In this document: piece by piece, positions 58,478 to 64,000 of the stretch
Numbering within the stretch: the stretch's first letter is position 1
Layout of the letters: each line of letters begins with the position of its first letter
Source: a bacterium
GTDB taxonomy: Bacteria; UBA8248
Assembly: GCA_965219955.1 (NCBI GenBank)
Contig: OZ244799.1
Coordinates: 1,760,001 to 1,824,000, forward strand
Direction of reading: 5' to 3'
DNA: 64,000 nt
Made by a program: the position numbers and the translations under genes
The notes under the pieces: model-generated
Told to the model about the DNA's origin: nothing
The model's input: only the letters and a program-made list of their open reading frames with translations
Databases searched by the model: none

Positions 58478-59353
58478 CTACCTCCTCTCCCCCGTCACGA
58501 GCCAGACGCCCGTCGCCGTAAGGGCGGCGCCGACCAGCAGATGCCAGCCCAGTTGCTCGCCGAGGTAGAGGGCGCTGCCCGCCACGCCCACGATGGGCGT
58601 CATGAAGAAGAACACCGATATCTTGGCGGGCGAGTAGCGGAGCAGCAGATGGCCCCAGTAGGCCAGGAGCAGCGCGCTCGCTATCACGCCCATGTAGATG
58701 ACCGCGAAAATCTGCGGGCCGCCGATATGGGTGATCCCGAAATTGGGCTGACCGAAAGAGAGAAGGAAATAGGTCGGCGCGCCGATGAGCATGGACCATC
58801 TGGCGATCGAGGTAACGTCGGATTTGCCTAGATAGCGGCGGTAGTGGATCGTCTGCGTCGCCCAGCCTGCGGCGGCGATGAGGATGTAGAAATCCGCCTG
58901 CATGGAGCCTTCCGCGTCGAGGCTGTTCGAGAAGACGGTGACGGTGCCGGCCATCGCCGTGGCGAAGCCCAGCGCCCGCACGAGGGTGATGCGCTCGCCC
59001 GTGAGAAAGAGGGCGCTCAGCAGCATCACCCAGACGGGCTGCGTGTAGAGCAGCACCGAGGCGCGCGCGGCGGCGGTTCCGAACATCCCCTGGTAGAGGA
59101 ACCAGACGTAGGCGTTGTGCATGCAGGCGTTCAGGATGCGGTGGCCCTTCTCCCGCCAGGGGTCGTGATAGGTCACGCTCTCGGGGATGCGCATCAGGAG
59201 CCTGTAGAGCGTGAGGGTCAGCACCCCCGCGCAGCAGCGCATCCATATGATGGCGTAGGGGGTTACGCCCGCGTAGGCGCCCTTGATGACGGGCTGCGCC
59301 ATGCCCCACACCGTCGTGAGGAGGAGCGAGCCCAGCACCAGTTCGAGCGTCAT
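58478..59353 (-). CDS. DMT/EamA family transporter
   Basis: WG, R, Y.QP.W.......GE and F.F.TP..GV......GE motifs. Confidence 0.85.
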   Translation of the reverse strand: MTLELVLGSLLLTTVWGMAQPVIKGAYAGVTPYAIIWMRCCAGVLTLTLYRLLMRIPESVTYHDPWREKGHRILNACMHNAYVWFLYQGMFGTAAARASVLLYTQPVWVMLLSALFLTGERITLVRALGFATAMAGTVTVFSNSLDAEGSMQADFYILIAAAGWATQTIHYRRYLGKSDVTSIARWSMLIGAPTYFLLSFGQPNFGITHIGGPQIFAVIYMGVIASALLLAYWGHLLLRYSPAKISVFFFMTPIVGVAGSALYLGEQLGWHLLVGAALTATGVWLVTGERR

Positions 59354-59394
59354 TCCCGAGTCGGCGGATGGTTTCGGTGAGACCGGGCGGCTGG

Positions 59395-59805
59395 TCAATC
59401 GCTCTCCCCGGACACGCGGGGCCGCTCGCATATCTCGACGCGGATGTTCTCGGGACCCTTGATGAAGGCGATCATCCGCCCGCCCACGCCTGCGGCCACG
59501 GGCGCCATGTCGACCTCCGCCCCGCGCTCCACGAGCCGGGCGACCGACGCCTCCACGTCGTCCACCGCGACGCCGAGATGATCGAGGCCGTGCGTCAGCA
59601 TGGGCGCCACGGCGTCGGGTTCGTCACCCGGGCGGTAGCCCCGGATGCGCAGGTCCCCTTCCCCGAGTTTCAAAATGGAGTAGGCCGCGCCCTTGAAGTC
59701 CTCCTCGTAGGAGAGCAACTCCAGTTCGAAGACGTGCTCGAAAAAATCCGTCATCGCGCGCACGTCGCGCGTGAGGAAGTGCACGTGGTCGTATCGGTAT
59801 TCCAC
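59395..59805 (-). CDS. VOC/glyoxalase-family protein
   Basis: DHVH, GLDH.G..VDD and AF..GP....E. Confidence 0.85.
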   Translation of the reverse strand: MEYRYDHVHFLTRDVRAMTDFFEHVFELELLSYEEDFKGAAYSILKLGEGDLRIRGYRPGDEPDAVAPMLTHGLDHLGVAVDDVEASVARLVERGAEVDMAPVAAGVGGRMIAFIKGPENIRVEICERPRVSGESD

Positions 59806-59905
59806 AAAAAACTCCTTTCGTGATTGTTCATCTTCACACGCTCATATTACGCTGAACCGAGAATCCCACAGGAAGCGCCGTTTGCACAAACGATTTTCAC
59901 GTTGA

Positions 59906-60275
59906 GGGAGTTGTTGAATAAGGCCGTAAGGGGAGCCTGCAAGTAGACGGTTTGTAGGGACAGGCCTCCGTGCCTGTCCTGACGAAGGACAACCACAGAG
60001 GGCAGGACAGGCACGGAGGCCTGTCCCTACGGTGAACAATTCGATAATCGGGATTCCCTCCCTCCTCGCGGAGGATTTTTTCAACGGCCCCTTGTCAGGG
60101 GGTCAGGGGGGGGTACTCCCTTAACAAAGGGAGTGTAGGGGTCGCATATATGCGACCCTGCTTTTTCCCATTCCAACAATGGGCCGCATATATGCGGCCC
60201 CTACGGGGCGAACCCGTTCAGTGCAAGAAGGTCAAACCCGACTTGGGAGGGCTTTTTCAACAGCCCCTCAGGGGG
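59906..60275. repeat. REPIN/MITE cluster
   Basis: GTAGGGACAGG pair 59954-60030; GTAGGGGTCGCATATATGCGACCC..GGGCCGCATATATGCGGCCCCTAC 60135-60204. Confidence 0.85.
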
Positions 60276-60303
60276 CAACAACCCGCATTCAGAAAGGATA
60301 CCC

Positions 60304-61215
60304 ATGCCGAAAACAAAGATCACGGGCGAGGAGCACCGGGCGCATCACGACGGCGCCGACCTGTTCCTGTGGAGGAAGCGAATGGAGGGCGCCGAAAAAG
60401 CGAGGGACGCCGTGCTCCTCGTGCACGGCTCGTCCATGGCCTCGACCCCCACGTTCGACCTCCAGGTGAAGACGCGGCCCGGATACTCCCTGATGGACCA
60501 TCTCGCCGGGCGCGGCTACGACGTCTGGTGCGTCGACTGCGAGGGCTACGGGAGGTCCACCAAGTCGAGGCGGGTCTCCTGCGGTATCGAGCGCGGCGCG
60601 CGGGACGTTCTCGCGGCGGCGAACGTGATCCGGCGGGTCAGCAGAAAGAACGCGGTTCACCTCTACGGCATCTCGTCCGGCGCGCTGCGGGCCGCCCTGT
60701 TCGTGCAGAAAAACCCCCGGCGCGTGAAGCGTCTGATCCTCGACGCCTTCGTCTGGACGGGCGAAAGCAGTCCCACGCTTGCGGAGAGAAGGGAGCGATT
60801 CCGCGGCGTGGCCTCCACGTCGAGAAGGCCCGTGAACGCCAGGTTCATCGAGAGCATCTTCACGCGCGATCATCCCGGCACCGCCTACCGCGACGTCATC
60901 CGTGAATATGCGAAGGCGATCTGCGCGCTCGACGACACGATCCCGAACGGCACCTACATCGACATGTGCGAGCGGCTGCCGCTGGTGAACCCTGAGAAAA
61001 TCACCGCGCCGGTGATGATAGCGCGCGGCGAGTTCGACGGCATCGCCCATCTCGACGATCTGGTGGAATTCTTCCGGCTGCTGCCGAACCCCGACAAGCA
61101 GTTCGTCATGATGCCGGGCATCGCCCACGCGAGCCTGCAGGAGAAGAACCACGGCATCGTCTTCCACCTGATCGAGCGCTTCTTCAGCCAGCCCGCGCCC
61201 GTCTACAAGGGCTGA
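60304..61215 (+). CDS. Alpha/beta hydrolase
   Basis: VHGSS, D..GYGRS, nucleophile GISSG, GEFD and H. Confidence 0.85.
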   Translation: MPKTKITGEEHRAHHDGADLFLWRKRMEGAEKARDAVLLVHGSSMASTPTFDLQVKTRPGYSLMDHLAGRGYDVWCVDCEGYGRSTKSRRVSCGIERGARDVLAAANVIRRVSRKNAVHLYGISSGALRAALFVQKNPRRVKRLILDAFVWTGESSPTLAERRERFRGVASTSRRPVNARFIESIFTRDHPGTAYRDVIREYAKAICALDDTIPNGTYIDMCERLPLVNPEKITAPVMIARGEFDGIAHLDDLVEFFRLLPNPDKQFVMMPGIAHASLQEKNHGIVFHLIERFFSQPAPVYKG

Positions 61216-61288
61216 AGCCGCCCGGCGGGGGGCGCGCCGGAGGTTCGTCAGGCTTTGCGGATAAGGAGGTTCCGTAGGGGTCGCATAT

Positions 61289-61735
61289 GGGGTTGTTGAA
61301 AAATCCCCTCCTCACTCGGAATTGACCAACGCCGTCATTCCGGCGAAAGCCGGAATCCATTCTCAAGTAGAATGACAATACTCGGGCTTTTCATCTCCTG
61401 GTCATTGGCAGGAAACAATCAGAAAATAAAAACAAAGGCAAAGCAAATGGATTCCGGCTTTCGCCGGAATGACGAACAAAACCGCACCACCTCATCCTGA
61501 GTAGCGGCCCCTCGACTCCGCTCGGGACAGGCTCCGCCGTTGCCCGACACCCCTCATCCTGAGTAGGCGCGCAAGCGCCGTATCGAAGGATGTCCTCTCG
61601 CCCATAGAGAAGCGTTCGCCCTTCGATACAAACACTCCTTTCTCAGTCGCGTTTTACCTTCGGCGGCTACTCAGGGTGAGGAAAGAGGCGTTGGCGGTTT
61701 CGAGGGGACCTATGCGGGATTTTTCAACAACCCCC
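61289..61735. mobile_element. Composite MITE (inverted relative of 16499-17063)
   Basis: GGGGTTGTTGAAAAATCCC / GGGATTTTTCAACAACCCC termini; same internal modules in reverse order. Confidence 0.8.
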
Positions 61736-61870
61736 TATATCTCCCCCGCTTGATTCGCGCGGGGCAATGGGGCTAGATTAGGGCCATCGATTCGTACAAA
61801 TGGTAGGGGCGAGAACGTCCTATATCCTAAAGCGAATAAATTCTTATCCCTCAAGCAGAAAGGCGCATCC

Positions 61871-62692
61871 ATGGAAACCCAGGACTGGTATTCCGTCAAC
61901 AATTTCGCACCGGGCAGCTACCAAATCACCGAGGGGGGCCGCTTCAACATGCTTCTCCTGGAAGGAGACGACAGGGCGGTCGCCATCGACGGCGGCATCG
62001 GTATCGCGAATCTGAGGAAACTCTACGAGAGCATCACGGACAAGCCCATCGACTTCATCCTCACCCACACCCACTGGGACCACGTGGGCGCGGCCTCGCA
62101 GTGGGACAGCGTGGGCGTCCACCCCGTCGGCAAGGACCTGCTCGCCAACGATTTCTCGAAACTCGAACAGGCCTTCGTGAACATGTGGAAAAAGAACGGG
62201 AACGCCTTCCCCGACTGGTTCGACGAGGAAGCCTACGGCATCAAGCCCGCCACCTTCGGCTGGACGCTCTCTGAAGGCGACACCTTCGACCTGGGCAACA
62301 GGAAGTTCCACGTCTACGAGACGCCCGGCCACTCGCCCTGCAGCATCTCGCTCTATGACGAGCGCGAGAAGATTCTCGTCTCGGGCGACCTGATCCGCTG
62401 CGAGGAATACCTCTTCCTGCAGGTGCCCACGGCGGTGCTCTCCGACTACGCGCCCTCGCTGCGCAAGCTCGAGAAGGTCGCCGCGGAGAACGAGGTGCGC
62501 TGGATCACCTCGGGCCACACCGATCCCTACCCGGACCCCTCCATCATCGGCGAGATGGCGCAGAACATGGAGGAGCTCGAAGCCGGCGCGCACGACCCAC
62601 CCGCCAAGGTGGACGGCGGCGCGTGGGGCGAAGTGGACGAGTACGTGTTCCCCCGCGTGAAGGTGTGGATTCAGGACCACGCGAGAAAGTAA
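61871..62692 (+). CDS. Metallo-beta-lactamase-fold hydrolase
   Basis: THTHWDHVG, TPGHSP, SGD and GH. Confidence 0.9.
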   Translation: METQDWYSVNNFAPGSYQITEGGRFNMLLLEGDDRAVAIDGGIGIANLRKLYESITDKPIDFILTHTHWDHVGAASQWDSVGVHPVGKDLLANDFSKLEQAFVNMWKKNGNAFPDWFDEEAYGIKPATFGWTLSEGDTFDLGNRKFHVYETPGHSPCSISLYDEREKILVSGDLIRCEEYLFLQVPTAVLSDYAPSLRKLEKVAAENEVRWITSGHTDPYPDPSIIGEMAQNMEELEAGAHDPPAKVDGGAWGEVDEYVFPRVKVWIQDHARK

Positions 62693-62713
62693 CCCGCGAG
62701 CAGAAAGGACGAC

Positions 62714-63529
62714 ATGGACACGCAAGGCTGGTACGACGTCACAGAGTTCGCGCCGGACACCTATCAGATATCGGAAGCCGGGCGGTGGAACATGTTCCTG
62801 CTCGTGGGCGAGGAGAAGGCGCTTTCGCTCGACGGGGGAATCGGCGTGGGGAGCGTGCGCAGGCTCTGCGAATCGATTACCGGCCTGCCCGTGGAGCACG
62901 TCCTGACCCACACGCACTGGGACCACGTGGGCGCGGTCCATGAATGGGAGTCGGTGGGCGTTCATCCCAACGGGAAGGACAAGCTCGCGAACGACTACAG
63001 CGCGGGTTGCAAGGATTTCGTGCAAACGTGGAGCGGAAAACCCTTCCCCGAGGGTTTCGACCCCGAGGCCTTCACCATACCGCCCGGCAAGTTCGGGTGG
63101 GCGGTTCAGGAAGGCGACACGATCGACCTGGGCGGCAGGAAAATCCACGTCTACGACACGCCGGGCCATTCGCCGTGCAGCATCTCCTTGTACGATGAGC
63201 GAGAGCGCGTCCTGATCACGGGCGATCTGGTGAAGCCCGGCCAGCCACTCTTCATCCAGGTGCCGACGGCCGTCCTGTCCCAGTACGGCCCCTCGATGCG
63301 CAGGCTCCAGAGAATCGCGGAAGATAACGACGCGAGGTTCGTCTGCTCGGGCCATACCGACCCGTGCGAGGATATCGCCGTTATCGGGCGGATGGCGCAG
63401 TTCGTGGAAGATGTGGCGGCGGGCGCGCACGAGCCGCCCGCCAGGGTCGAGGCCGGCAAGTGGGGCGTGGTGGACGAGTACGTTTCCGGCGACATGAAGA
63501 TATGGACGAACGACAACGCGAGAAAATAG
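62714..63529 (+). CDS. Metallo-beta-lactamase-fold hydrolase, tandem paralog
   Basis: Same motifs; strongly similar to the preceding gene throughout. Confidence 0.9.
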   Translation: MDTQGWYDVTEFAPDTYQISEAGRWNMFLLVGEEKALSLDGGIGVGSVRRLCESITGLPVEHVLTHTHWDHVGAVHEWESVGVHPNGKDKLANDYSAGCKDFVQTWSGKPFPEGFDPEAFTIPPGKFGWAVQEGDTIDLGGRKIHVYDTPGHSPCSISLYDERERVLITGDLVKPGQPLFIQVPTAVLSQYGPSMRRLQRIAEDNDARFVCSGHTDPCEDIAVIGRMAQFVEDVAAGAHEPPARVEAGKWGVVDEYVSGDMKIWTNDNARK

Positions 63530-63539
63530 CGGAGGGTAA

Positions 63540-64000
63540 ATGCAAGTGAACGCTTCTGACATCATCTGGCGGCCGGATGAGGATTTTCTGACGAACAGCC
63601 ACGTCGCCAGGCTGATGAAAAAGCTCGGCATCTCCGATTACCGCGAGTTCCTCCGGTGGTCCATCGAGGACATCCGGCGCTTCTGGGAGGTCGTCTTGGA
63701 TGACATGGGGCTCGAATGGTACCGGCCCTACGACGAGTTGCTCGACCTGAGCGGCGGCTTCCCGTGGGCGAAGTGGTTCATCGGCGGGGAGACGAACATT
63801 GTTCTGAACTGCATCGACCGCCACCTAGAGGGCGGGAGGGAGGACCAGACCGCCCTCGTCTGGGAGAGCGACGGCGGCGAGGTGCGGACGTTCACCTACG
63901 CCGAACTCTCCGCGGAAGTATCGCGCCTTGCGAACGCCATGCGCGGGATGGGCCTCAAACCCGGCGACGTGGCGGGCGTGTTCCTCCCCATGGTGCCCGA
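63540..64000 (+). CDS. Acetyl-/acyl-CoA synthetase (AMP-binding), 5' part
   Basis: Manual translation: IIWRP..., WF.GG.TNI..NCIDRH, A..WE...GE.R..TY.EL and G...GD....F.PM.PE. Confidence 0.85.
   Translation, partial: MQVNASDIIWRPDEDFLTNSHVARLMKKLGISDYREFLRWSIEDIRRFWEVVLDDMGLEWYRPYDELLDLSGGFPWAKWFIGGETNIVLNCIDRHLEGGREDQTALVWESDGGEVRTFTYAELSAEVSRLANAMRGMGLKPGDVAGVFLPMVP

Noticed and set aside
61871-63529. Beta-lactam resistance genes
   Set aside because: No signal peptides; a generic MBL fold in a catabolic context gives no support for a resistance call.

Overview
GC-rich bacterial chromosome segment. The dense intergenic repeats, TbpB-like lipoproteins and catabolic gene content resemble sponge-symbiont lineages such as Nitrospinota/Tectomicrobia, but this is inference only. 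About 45 CDS are supported. Housekeeping genes are pdxA (partial), a CCA-adding enzyme and pyrR. Catabolic blocks include carbamate kinase, an AtzD-type ring-opening amidohydrolase, a BMP ABC transporter, a cyclase-family hydrolase, FdrA and YlbE; a Liv-type transporter with a DapA-like lyase; a TAXI-TRAP system; and citrate synthase, aconitase and PrpF. There are also two PIN-type toxin-antitoxin pairs and three IS elements (IS1380, IS1182, IS110/IS1111). Nearly every intergenic gap holds nested REP/REPIN/MITE repeats. Four observations stand out. (1) Four 61-62 bp hairpin repeats lie in a ~0.9 kb leader upstream of two surface lipoprotein genes. Each copies the ribosome-binding/start region of the first gene, which is itself a fifth degenerate unit, and a downstream 15-bp-stem hairpin carries the same motif. 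(2) An IS1111-type element's non-coding end visibly encodes guides matching the REP palindrome it inserted into. (3) Two unrelated IS elements are stacked at one TTAG site inside a MITE. (4) The gene set suggests an ATP-yielding cyclic-ureide pathway (AtzD, FdrA/YlbE, carbamate kinase). All calls are from reading the sequence; no database searches were run.
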